Source of the DNA: Paraspadella gotoi
Taxonomy: Eukaryota; Animalia; Chaetognatha
NCBI GenBank assembly: GCA_051294375.1
Contig: CM119266.1
Coordinates: 3,434,389-3,454,308 of the forward strand
Reading direction: 5' to 3'
Length of the DNA: 19,920 bases
Shown here: one piece after another, positions 1 to 10,577 of the stretch
Numbering within the stretch: position 1 is the stretch's first letter
Layout: each line of letters starts with the position of its first letter
Program-made: the position numbers and the translations under genes
The notes under the pieces: generated by a model
Databases searched by the model: none
Told to the model about the DNA's origin: nothing
The model's input: only the letters and a program-made list of their open reading frames with translations

Positions 1-65
1 AAGAAGAGGGAGGAAGAAGAGGGAGGAAGAAGAGGAGCGGGAGGGAGGAAAGAGACATTAGTTAG
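1..65 (-). other. Probable branch point plus polypyrimidine tract for the next ci exon, just outside the window
   Basis: The minus strand reads CTAACTAATG (65-56) followed by about 55 nt of almost pure C/T with no AG up to the window edge. Confidence 0.5.
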
Positions 66-398
66 AGGAGAATTGAATTCTTTCCGTTGTTCTTAAAAGT
101 AGCAAGATTTCGTGTTAAAATATACGAAATCTTTAATAGATTAATTCTTTTGATTCTAAAACGTTAAGATATACATTAGAATTTCGAATAGGTCAATTGG
201 AAACATCGAATCGTTAGTTATGTCTTAATTTTATTATATTTAATTCCCTGTCATGGGTTGACCGTTACAGCATTTCTTCTACCCAAATTATTTTTCCTTT
301 CGCTAATCTTTTTCCTTGATCTCACATCCCTTATCCCTCCGTTGATTACCTTACCTCCCCCCCTTCCCCAACTCCTTCCTCACCCAAACCCAACTCAC

Positions 399-618
399 CG
401 TCTCCCGTCTCGACTCCTTCCATCTTCGTCGGTCCTCCCTTGTCACCGTTGTTGTTGTTGTTGTTGTTGTTGTTGTTGCCTCCTCCGCCGAATCCTTCTC
501 CTTTGTGTTTCTTGTTGGCGTAGAATTCTGGTCCGTGAACGGTCTTCACGTGTTTGCGGAGGGAAGATGGATCCGTGTAGCGTTTGGTGCAGCCGGGGGC
601 TTTGCAGACGTAGGGTTT
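399..618 (-). CDS. ci: Ci/Gli coding exon: zinc finger 5 ([28 protein letters not shown]), [13 protein letters not shown] basic/NLS motif and poly-Asn; 3' end either 399 or 355
   Basis: Acceptor (CT)n-cAG at 620-619 (phase 0). FYANKKHKG is the arthropod Ci-type post-finger motif. Candidate donors are G|GTGAGT (398) and GAG|GTAAGG (354). Confidence 0.93.
448..477 (-). repeat. (AAC)10 coding microsatellite, poly-Asn
   Basis: Pure (GTT)10 on the + strand inside the ZF5 exon. Confidence 0.95.
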
Positions 619-620
619 CT

Positions 621-623
<3 letters not shown>

Positions 624-676
<53 letters not shown>
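624..676. repeat. (GA)n microsatellite forming the polypyrimidine tract of the ZF5-exon acceptor
   Basis: Pure GA run abutting the acceptor CAG at 621-619 (minus strand). Confidence 0.95.
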
Positions 677-678
<2 letters not shown>

Positions 679-952
679 AACTTACCCATTCAATTTATCT
701 TTTAGCTCTCATTCTCAAGAGTAATTTTGTCCCATTTTCCATTTTCTATACTTATGCTCAAAAATTGCTCATTCATTCTTTTAATTCATTCCATCGTTAT
801 TACAATCATTCTTCACTTAATCCATTTATCCATTTTTTATATTTAAATTTAACTAAAGTTCTAACTTTAATTATTCTTAATTTCATCATCAATACCCCTA
901 TAAATTCAATCATACTCATTCATTCCTCTCCCTTCATTTGTTCAGTCTTTCA

Positions 953-1237
<285 letters not shown>

Positions 1238-1422
1238 TTAGTAATTAAAATAATTAATCACCGGTTTTAGTTTCAGAAACATCGGTCGAAATACAATTTT
1301 TTTTTGCCTTTACGCTTTATTTCACCATTATCAAAATGCATGTAAAGTATTAAACGATTCAATTTCTGTAGTCGGGCATTGCCTAGGTTCACCCCGCCTA
1401 GAATCATGACACTTTCAGTTGT

Positions 1423-1655
1423 GACCCGGTGGCTCATTGAGTAAAGCCATCAGCTCATGACCACTAGGTACCGGGTTCAATCCCAACCCGGTACCTACCC
1501 TGCGGGAAGCGTGAGGACGGCCGTAAGCCGCCTTGGGGGCATGGCAAACCCTCAAGCCTGGTTCCAAGCCCAGGGACCCGTTCCATGGCTGCTAGAGGGG
1601 GTTATAGAAGTTACGGACAGTCATCTTCAGCCCACGTAGCGCCTTATCCACATTT
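1423..1655 (+). mobile_element. tRNA-derived SINE-like element, antisense within a ci intron
   Basis: GC-rich block in an AT-rich intron. Pol III A box TGGCTCATTGAG (1430-1441) and B box GGTTCAATCC (1474-1483) at tRNA spacing. Degenerate cloverleaf (acceptor stem 5/7, T stem broken), followed by about 160 nt of non-tRNA body. The 3' end is approximate and no target-site duplication was seen. Confidence 0.65.
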
Positions 1656-1961
1656 CTAGTGAATTTAGGAATGTACCATTTTTTACGAAATTGGCACAAC
1701 CTCTTCAATTCAATCAATGCCTCGAGACTTTGAAAGGACAATGGTGGATAAAGACTTCATCTCTCTTACAAGTTATCTAATAACAAAGTGTAGTTAATTC
1801 TCCAGACTTCAAGAGTAATGGCTAAACTTTTTAAAACTATTTCTATCGAATACAAAAAGTTTGGCGAAAGAAAAAACCTCGTGATTTCGTACAACAAATA
1901 TTGGTAGCTGTGTGGCAATAGCCCCGAATATTAAAAGTCAAACATTGATGATTTAATATCA

Positions 1962-2000
1962 AAGATTAAATATCGAAGATTAAATATCGAAGATTAAATA
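1962..2000. repeat. 14-bp tandem repeat (AAGATTAAATATCG) x~3
   Basis: Directly visible. Confidence 0.85.
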
Positions 2001-2764
2001 CCAAAAAAAGAGATCGGCGGAACAAACATTAATTTTTATTAAACAAAGAGCCGACTCCTTTTATCGGAACTTATCTCCTCAGACGACGACGACGACAACT
2101 TAAAAAAATCCTCTTTTTTCCGAACCAATTCATCTAAAAAAAATTTTAAAAATATGTGAGAGATAAACGGACTGAACATTCGGTTCGATATCGTGACTCG
2201 TTGTCGAGGTTCTTCCTCGTTATATCGAACTTTGTTATCTCCGAGGCCGCGGCGGTCTCTCTCCCTTTCATCTCCCGCCTTTTGCGATTCACACTAAACG
2301 TCACAAATCACGAAAAATGTCACCGAAATCTCCGGGGAGGTTTTAATTTTTCTCCGTCCCTCGCCATTTCTCTGATACTCTAACTTTTTTCTCCTCTCGT
2401 TCACATTTCGAGTTCACATTCGCCTTTAAACCTGTCACCATTTTAGGCTTGAATTCGTTTTCGTCTCGCGTGAATTTAGTTTATGACTTTTATAAATGAG
2501 AGAATTCTTCGTTTTGAAAAGAAAATGTTATTGTCCTTGCCAATTAAAGTTACATACTCGTCGTTTTTAATGCTTTCAATTTAAGTCTGTATGTGCCCAT
2601 CTCAAAAGCATTTTATTATCTGAACAATCATGACCAAATGACAAATTTTAAACTCAAAGCCATTTTTTAAGGTCTCTGAGGTTATTTCTCCCATCTATAA
2701 CCTCTTTTCCCTCAAGCACGTTTCCCATCTATAAATCCCAACCATCTCTAAACTGACTCCTCAC

Positions 2765-2958
2765 CTTAAATGGCTTTTCTTCTCTCGAGCATTCTTCCCA
2801 TCTGCAGATAAATGATTTCTTATTGGCGGCAATGTGATCATTGTTGATGTGTTTCACGAGTTCGTCCTGAGTAGTGAACTCTAAGCGACATTCGCCCCAG
2901 TGACAATTGGTTTCCGTGAACTCTGGTTCGCCTTCGCCCTGACCGTCACCGTCCTCGC
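2765..2958 (-). CDS. ci: Ci/Gli coding exon: zinc finger 1 and first half of zinc finger 2 ([27 protein letters not shown]...[14 protein letters not shown])
   Basis: Acceptor gacAG at 2960-2959 (phase 1); donor AAG|GTGAGG at 2764 (phase 0). Carries the Gli-type tryptophan-containing tandem CWCH2 fingers. Confidence 0.96.
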
Positions 2959-3284
2959 CTGTCAAGAAAATTTGAGAGAAATTCGTTTGAGGAATTTGTT
3001 TGTCCAAATTTATATTGTGCTTCATTCGCGGACGTTTTAAAATGAATAATGTCACTAATTATAGCTTATTAATACATGGAAAATAATTGTTTTATAAAAT
3101 TATCTAAATTTCAGAATTAAAAGGTAAAATTAAAAAGAATTCTCCGAAACATCGAATTCACGGACAAACTTTTAAATTCCCGACTCCACAAATATATTCA
3201 CCGTAGTTTTCTTATTTGTCTCTTTAGTTTTTAACATCCCTCAACATCTCTATCCTTACCCAAATCTTGACTCATTAAACTCAC

Positions 3285-4137
3285 CCTCGAATTCTCTCTT
3301 CATGTATTCATTCTTCACAGGGTCTTGTTCCATCATCGTAGATGTCACCATGGGTTCCTTTGAGCCCGACGGGCTCTGCCCCTCGCCCTTGCCCCCACCG
3401 GGCTGAGTTTGGCCCAGAAAGAGGTTGTAAGGATTGGCTCCGGGCGGCAACGACCCTGAGGGCGCGTGATGTCCAAGACCGGGAAAGGGGAAAGGCGGTG
3501 TGCTCCCGGGGGCAACCGCAGCCCCCATGGGCCCGCCGGGCCGTAAGAAGGGATTGAGCAACCCTGGATGTATAAAGGGCGGCCCCGCCCCTGCGCCTGG
3601 ATGATGAGTGTAATGAGGGTGACCCTGATGAACCGCCGCGGCTGCCGCAGCTGCAGCGGCTGCGGCCGCTGCGGGCGGCGCCCCCGGCATCGACGACGCG
3701 CTTGATCCGGGTCTCAAGAAAGCCGCGGCGCCGAAGGGATAAGCGGCGTGATTCAACGCCGCCGCCGCAGCCGCAGCGGCCGACGACGCCGCCGCCGCCG
3801 CCGCTTGATGATGCGGATGTCCGTGATGCAGGTTGCCCGGTGAGACTGCCCCCGCCGAAAGGTGACCGTAAGACCCGGAAGCCGAACTGCCCGATCTGGA
3901 TCCGAGTCCGTAGAGTGAAAGGGTTGATCCGAGTTCGAGACTCGTCGGTGACGCTCGAGTGATCGATTCAAGATCAAGAAAGTCCGATGAGGGAGAGTGA
4001 GACAGAGCACGTTTCCGGTTGATGGGTTTGGCGCCGGCGCCAGCGCGGGATGGAGAAGGGAGGCGGGCCGAGGTGGAGGAGGCGCCCCCGCCGGGGACGC
4101 CCGAGGCGGAGTGACTGCCGCTCCCGCCGCCGCCGCC
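3285..4137 (-). CDS. ci: Ci/Gli coding exon with the conserved N-terminal regulatory domain (RKRALSHSPSSDFLDLESITRASPTSL...SGSYGHLS), His/Ala/Pro-rich repressor region and poly-Ala tracts
   Basis: Acceptor ctcAG at 4139-4138 after a pyrimidine tract; consensus donor G|GTGAGT at 3284. It is 853 nt and in frame with ORF 3256..3756(-). SYGHLS is encoded at 3873-3856. Confidence 0.92.
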
Positions 4138-4609
4138 CTGAGGGTAAGGAGAGAGGGAGAAAAAGAACGTTATGCTAGATAATTAATGCTTTTATAATAT
4201 TTACTTCCTTATTAGAGAACATACACGAGTTACACATTCCATACTTATTCGACGAATGAAATATTAGTTAATCTGACAGTATGCAAAACTGTCACTTTCT
4301 GTCATTTTTATCTCGTTACGTCAATGCTCCGCCAACTGTTTTTTTGATGTTTTTTTCGTTTGTTTAAATAATTGCCAGGTATTTTTTGTTTAAAAAAGCC
4401 GGAAAATCGCCGCCATCCAAATTATTCTCAGGTAATCAAGCTTGTTAACGTAATATAATTGACTCGGTGCAATAAACTAATCAATCAGTTAATCAACCAA
4501 TCTATTCTCCGTCTCTTAAACCGATCAATCAATTTCCAAACTTCGCAATCAATTTTTCCCTCTTAACCAATTAATTAAGTTTCCTCTCTCCTCACAAATC
4601 AATCAATCA

Positions 4610-4676
4610 TCAAAACAATGTTTTCCCAACCAAACAATGTTGCCTCTCCGAACCAACCAAACAATGTTGCCTCTCC
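4610..4676. repeat. Short tandem duplication (27-bp period, CCAACCAAACAATGTTGCCTCTCC core), two copies plus one degenerate copy
   Basis: Directly visible in the intron just downstream of the 4735 donor. Confidence 0.8.
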
Positions 4677-4735
4677 CCATCCCAACCAATCAAATGAATC
4701 AATCAATCCGAGACCCTTCCACAAGCCAGGCCAAC

Positions 4736-5019
4736 CTGCAACGACGATGGCAACGTCACCGACGAGACGGAGGAAATCGAAGGCGGACCGGACGATCCTC
4801 TCGTCGATCCCCCGCCGACGCCGCCGCTGCCCGCTCCGCCGCCCGAACCGCCGGTGCCGGGCAGCTGGGAGAGATAATCGGGCGTGAGCGGCGAGAGTCC
4901 GCCCAAAGAATTTCCGAATGGTGGGGCGAGAGTCGGGGAGAAACCTCGCATGACCGGCGAAGCGGCGAGGTTGCGGTAGTATTGCTCCAGTATAGCGTGG
5001 GCCTGAGCGCGAGAGTGGC
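4736..5019 (-). CDS. ci: Ci/Gli coding exon, N-terminal region (GHSRAQAHAILEQYYRNLAASPVMRGFSPTL...SSLQ)
   Basis: Lies within ORF 4703..5026(-). Acceptor gacAG at 5021-5020 (phase 1); donor CAG|GTTGGC at 4735 (phase 0, weaker than consensus). EQYYRNLAASP resembles the Gli N-terminal 'Y.RSLHSSP' segment. Confidence 0.75.
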
Positions 5020-5181
5020 CTGTCATTTGTGAGGGGGGCGGGGTGAAATTGTTTTAGCGGATGAAGTGAGAGCTAATACTTCATTATTTCGCTTAACTTG
5101 CGCCTCCAGTTAACTTGTTTCTGAGCACATGCACTGGCATTGTTTCACTGTTCCACAAAGCAATTCCCTACTGTCTCTTAC

Positions 5182-5348
5182 CTCCCAAAGCCCCTCCGGC
5201 TCCCGAAGATGCTCCGGAGGCCAAGGAATGGCTGCCGCTGCCCGCGGGTGAGCCCGACGGGTTGAGCCTTGCGTGAAGACCCATCGTGGCGGCGGCGGCG
5301 GCGGCGTAGTCGGCGGCTGTCGGGGAAGATCCGGCGGCGGTGGAGAGC
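5182..5348 (-). CDS. ci: Ci/Gli coding exon (most 5' exon identified), low-complexity N-terminal region: LSTAAGSSPTAADYAAAAAATMGLHARLNPSGSPAGSGSHSLASGASSGAGGALG
   Basis: GC-rich island with acceptor ccccttttttcAG-type tract (CAG at 5351-5349) and donor AG|GTAAGA at 5181. It is 167 nt, open, phase 2 in and phase 1 out, matching the phase-1 acceptor of the next exon. Not in the ORF track; translated by hand. Confidence 0.75.
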
Positions 5349-6815
5349 CTGAAAAAGGGGGAGATATTTAATAATACTTATTTTTATAATTGTAAAAAAA
5401 ATAATAGTAAAAACATATGGGGGTTAAGATAGGCTTTGTTTAGCTCATTATATTGTAGTTTTAATCGTTTCAATCGAATAATCCATTTAACTTGCTACAG
5501 TAGAAATTACATATTTTATTGTCTCTACGTCTGTGAGTCAAATCAAAAACCTTACATCGTCGCCCTCTTAGGAAAGATTTATTTTTATTAAATAATTATA
5601 GTCGTAGGAGAAACGTACATTTCTATGTCGGTAGGTAACTACGTTTACGTGAAATGCAATACAGGTAGTTCATAATACATAAAAATATACAGTACATAGT
5701 TGTACATAAATTTGCAAAATTACTCGTTTGTATGCATTGGATTACATTTAAGATTACAAAAAGTTAAATTCATTTCATGTAATTACAAAACTTTATTTGA
5801 AAACGAATTTTAGTTTTTTTCTCCTAATTGAATAGTAAAATACCCGCCTACAAATATAACCAATATACACTTTAATAATTATTTAATTAGTTCAAATAAC
5901 AATTGAGAAATCGATGTTGTTTTAATATCATCGGAATCCAACATCGCGTGAGAAAGCGACAAGGAAAAACAAGAAAAGCGACAAAGAAAAACAACAACAA
6001 TGACGACGACGACGACGACAAAGAGATGAACACGAATGTAGTTTTTTTTCGTCCACGAGAACGAGTCGCGCCAGAAGAGAGCCTCGGGTAAAGAGGAGAG
6101 AGAGAAAAGAGAGAGAGAAGAGAGAGAAGAAGAGAAGGAGAGAGAGAGAGAGAGAGAGAGAGAGCATAGAGAGAAGAGTCCGAGTATAGTGAATACTAAC
6201 TGTTGATTGAACGATCTCATTTAAAAGCCTTTCCTTTCTTTCTTCCCGTGTTATCTCTCTCGTTCTTGTTCATTTGTTCTTTCATGTGGTTTCTCGCCGT
6301 CTCTGTCTCTCTCTTTTTCTGTCTCTCTCTCTCTCTGTTTCTGTGCTTAGTCCTTCGCATTCCTATGTCTTTTTCCGTTATCATTAAATCAATTTGTTCT
6401 TTCTAGCGGCCTTTCCTTTTTGTCTCTGTCCCCTAAATAACTGGCGACCCTATCTCTCTCTCTCTCTCTTTCCCTCTCTTTATCTTTCTCTCTCTCTCTC
6501 TCTTTCTCTATCTCTCTTTCTCTCTCATCAAAGTTTTGATGAATCCTTTTAGTGACGATTTTTTTTTAAATTCTACATTTAATTCTCTAAACAAAAGATA
6601 TTAAACAATTTTCAAAATTCATGTTCCAACTTATTTTTAAAACGAAAACTAAAATGTAGTTATTTCTCACCGATTATTTATTTTCCACGAAAATGGATTT
6701 TTTGTTCACTTCACTGATAAGTATCCCGGCAGCTTGGTGAAACAGAAATGAAAATAAAGGATTGAAGTTTCTAAGAGAGAGAGCAGAGAGACCCAAAGAA
6801 TAAAATTGACATTAC

Positions 6816-6861
<46 letters not shown>

Positions 6862-7451
6862 CGACGTCACACTAAATCCAATTTTGAGACTCAGAATTTC
6901 TGTCGTTGACGTAGAAACTGAGGTTGAATTCCTAATTATAGTTAAATAGAATTAAGAGTGAATTAAGAAAAACTAAATATTGAAATGTGAATCTCTAAAA
7001 TCTGAATAAACTTGTAAATTTTGAAAGACGACATAAAGAGGAATGCTGCAACTGAATAAGGAACTCCTTGATAAAAAGAATTAAGAGCAACGAGAAAGCA
7101 AAGCTGGAACCATACAGACTGTATTACAGAGTGACAGCGCTTAATTATGATAACCTAATAATAAGGATTGAAACAATTGCTTTCTCGTTAAAACCGAATA
7201 AAGAGAAAGAAAATATGTAAGAAACATTAATGTAGCTTCAACAAGAAATCGCTCTTTGATTCATTGTCGCAATGATTGAATTTAGAAGCACAACGGATCA
7301 AATTCCAATTCTGGATGCCACTTACATCAAATAGATACTATTCAATTAATTAATTTGTCACAGAGAATGTAGAAAAGATTAATTTAGTGAAATGAATTAG
7401 GCAAAGAAGAATTTGATCGATGAACGAGATTTTCCTCGGAGAAGAGAGACG

Positions 7452-7617
7452 NNNNNNNNNNNNNNNNNNNNNNNNNNNNNNNNNNNNNNNNNNNNNNNNN
7501 NNNNNNNNNNNNNNNNNNNNNNNNNNNNNNNNNNNNNNNNNNNNNNNNNNNNNNNNNNNNNNNNNNNNNNNNNNNNNNNNNNNNNNNNNNNNNNNNNNNN
7601 NNNNNNNNNNNNNNNNN
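7452..7617. other. Assembly gap (N run) flanked by GA repeats
   Basis: Run of n. Confidence 1.
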
Positions 7618-7649
<32 letters not shown>

Positions 7650-8056
7650 CAGCTCGGCCCACACTTTTCAAAGAATCCCTGCCGACGATGAGGACAAAGA
7701 CTAATAGTCTAATGACGACGAGCAAAAAAAGTTCGGAACAAAAACTCGACAAAGTTGGATGAACTTTGCTTAAAACAAATTAACGCAGGGAAATAAAGAA
7801 AAATGGCCTCTTTAAAGTAAATAGAGTTAAGATTTAGATTTGTGAATTGTGATCACATAAAGAGAACAAACAATGTTGCATTATCTATTCAAACAATTTC
7901 TCAAAACGTCAAATGGTCAATCCTCCAGGTTCCCAGATTTAAAGGACCCGGACGTCAATGTACCCAAGTCTCTTTGGTGAAACAGAGAGCGAGACGTTTT
8001 TTTTTTAGATCAGAGTTGTTGACAAAACTCATTCAACTCATTCCCGTTTCGAGCTC

Positions 8057-8794
8057 NNNNNNNNNNNNNNNNNNNNNNNNNNNNNNNNNNNNNNNNNNNN
8101 NNNNNNNNNNNNNNNNNNNNNNNNNNNNNNNNNNNNNNNNNNNNNNNNNNNNNNNNNNNNNNNNNNNNNNNNNNNNNNNNNNNNNNNNNNNNNNNNNNNN
8201 NNNNNNNNNNNNNNNNNNNNNNNNNNNNNNNNNNNNNNNNNNNNNNNNNNNNNNNNNNNNNNNNNNNNNNNNNNNNNNNNNNNNNNNNNNNNNNNNNNNN
8301 NNNNNNNNNNNNNNNNNNNNNNNNNNNNNNNNNNNNNNNNNNNNNNNNNNNNNNNNNNNNNNNNNNNNNNNNNNNNNNNNNNNNNNNNNNNNNNNNNNNN
8401 NNNNNNNNNNNNNNNNNNNNNNNNNNNNNNNNNNNNNNNNNNNNNNNNNNNNNNNNNNNNNNNNNNNNNNNNNNNNNNNNNNNNNNNNNNNNNNNNNNNN
8501 NNNNNNNNNNNNNNNNNNNNNNNNNNNNNNNNNNNNNNNNNNNNNNNNNNNNNNNNNNNNNNNNNNNNNNNNNNNNNNNNNNNNNNNNNNNNNNNNNNNN
8601 NNNNNNNNNNNNNNNNNNNNNNNNNNNNNNNNNNNNNNNNNNNNNNNNNNNNNNNNNNNNNNNNNNNNNNNNNNNNNNNNNNNNNNNNNNNNNNNNNNNN
8701 NNNNNNNNNNNNNNNNNNNNNNNNNNNNNNNNNNNNNNNNNNNNNNNNNNNNNNNNNNNNNNNNNNNNNNNNNNNNNNNNNNNNNNNNNNNNNN
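8057..8794. other. Assembly gap (N run)
   Basis: Run of n. Confidence 1.
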
Positions 8795-9334
8795 AAGCAT
8801 TATTAACAATAGTCGACTATTAAGAATCCCTTTCTTTGAGTTTCAATGGTATACGGAAGGTTCTGGAGTTATCGGGATGTAAGATTAGACAGTCGATAAT
8901 TCAGGATTATTTCCTAGTCTTTTGTTGGATATATGGTTTTGATCTTTTGTTCACAAAATTAAAATGAAAATATAAAATTATGCGGCATCCGCTTATTGTT
9001 AAATATGTTAAATATTAAAATGAAGGTTAAAAAGGTAGGTTAAAATTTTTAATCAAATCTATGTTCACATAACTTATATCTATGTTAACATAAACTACCT
9101 TTATGGAACCAATCCAAACATATGTCATATGTCAAAGTCAACAATGAATTCACTGAAAAAAACACAAACATATTTTTTGTAATAATGTCTTACGAAGATT
9201 TTCATACAAACAAAGTAAAAGAAACTAAAACTAAAAAACTAAATTTCAAACAAAAACGACAACAACAACGAATTTCTATTCATTTTTTGTTCCGAATTTT
9301 CACTTTTATTTTTTTTTCTTTAGGTGAAAACGAT

Positions 9335-9369
9335 GAGAGGAGAGAGAGAGGAAAGAGAGAGAGACGAGA

Positions 9370-9425
<56 letters not shown>

Positions 9426-9455
9426 CATCAATTAATCGTCGGAATCCATCGATCA

Positions 9456-9490
<35 letters not shown>
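9335..9490. repeat. (GA)n tract followed by (GTC)n microsatellite
   Basis: Directly visible. Confidence 0.9.
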
Positions 9491-9491
<1 letters not shown>

Positions 9492-10189
9492 ACTACTTAT
9501 TAAGGCGGCGTTTGACAGAGAAAAGTCAAACGTTCATCGAAGGTCGAGAATCGATATTGATTGTCAGTTCAAATGTGATTCTATTTTGATTGGCCAATGG
9601 ACAAGGTTAATTAGACTAAGGTCTACACTTGATAAATTAGTAATGTTCGTCTTAAAAACCGATTGAACTATAAGCCGCGTTGTTATTGAAAGACAAAGAC
9701 GACTAGAAATATAAACCGCTGACTTGTTATTTGTCGAACTTCATTCGTATGAAAGAGGTAAATGTTAAGTAGATAAGGTACAGTACAGAACAGAGTACAG
9801 TCTCCAAAGAATTTCCTCTGAGAGAAAGAGAGAGAGAGAGTTAGTTCCCACCCTCTCCCTCTCTATCTCCCACCCAGGGTTTTCTCTCTCTCCCCTTCAC
9901 GTGAAAAATGGACGAGAATAATCATTAGTTATCGGGTTATCGCTTTTTTCGCGTCGGGACCTTATCGCCAATTTATTTATTTCTTTTTCGGCCTCTCCCT
10001 CTCTCTCTCTTTCTCTCTTTCTCTCTTTCTCTCTCTCTCTCTCTCCATTATTCTTTGTCCTTCATATCTTTCTCCACGCATAAAACGTGTTGGGTGCAGC
10101 CGAACACAACGCAACGAGGAAACCCAGAAAATCTTTAAATACAATTTTTTTGCAAAAATCTAAAAATTTAACATTCAAAAGCTGGAGAA

Positions 10190-10542
10190 AAACGAGAGAG
10201 AGAGAAAAAAAAATGAGGAGGAAGATAATAGACGAGAGAGCAGAAATGAGAGAGAAAGAGAGAGAGAGAGAGAGGAAGAGAGAGATGAGAGGAGGGGGAA
10301 CGAGACGAGAGAGAGAGGAGAGAGAGAGAGAGAGAGAGAATTATAAAATGAGAAAAGTCGGAAAGTGTCACGAAAGAAAAAACAAAAGTCCAAGGGAAAT
10401 GGAGGATAAATAATAATTCAGCAAAAAGAAAGTTTTCTTTTAAAAAACAGTTTGAGAGGGAGTTGCTCGTGTGTGAGAGATAGAGAGAAAGAGAGAGAGA
10501 GAGAGAGAAAGAGAGGAGAGAGAGGAGAGAGAGAGAGCAGAG

Positions 10543-10577
<35 letters not shown>

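Noticed and set aside
1423-1495. Functional tRNA gene
   Set aside because: The T stem is broken, the acceptor stem is only 5/7 paired, the anticodon stem is poor, and there is no immediate poly-T terminator.
1498-1655. Self-cleaving ribozyme (hammerhead or HDV-like) in the SINE body
   Set aside because: No CTGANGA...GAAA core, and I could not build the HDV nested double pseudoknot by eye.
3255-3260. Alternative donor GG|GTAAGG at the end of ORF 3256..3756
   Set aside because: Phase 2, incompatible with the phase-1 acceptor of the ZF1 exon; the 3284 donor fits.
3342-5032. Plus-strand and alternative-frame ORFs overlapping ci exons
   Set aside because: Shadow ORFs of GC-rich coding sequence; the minus-strand frame carries the conserved Gli motifs.
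7350-8882. Long ORFs spanning 7350-7752 and 7842-8882
   Set aside because: They are open only because they run through N gaps.
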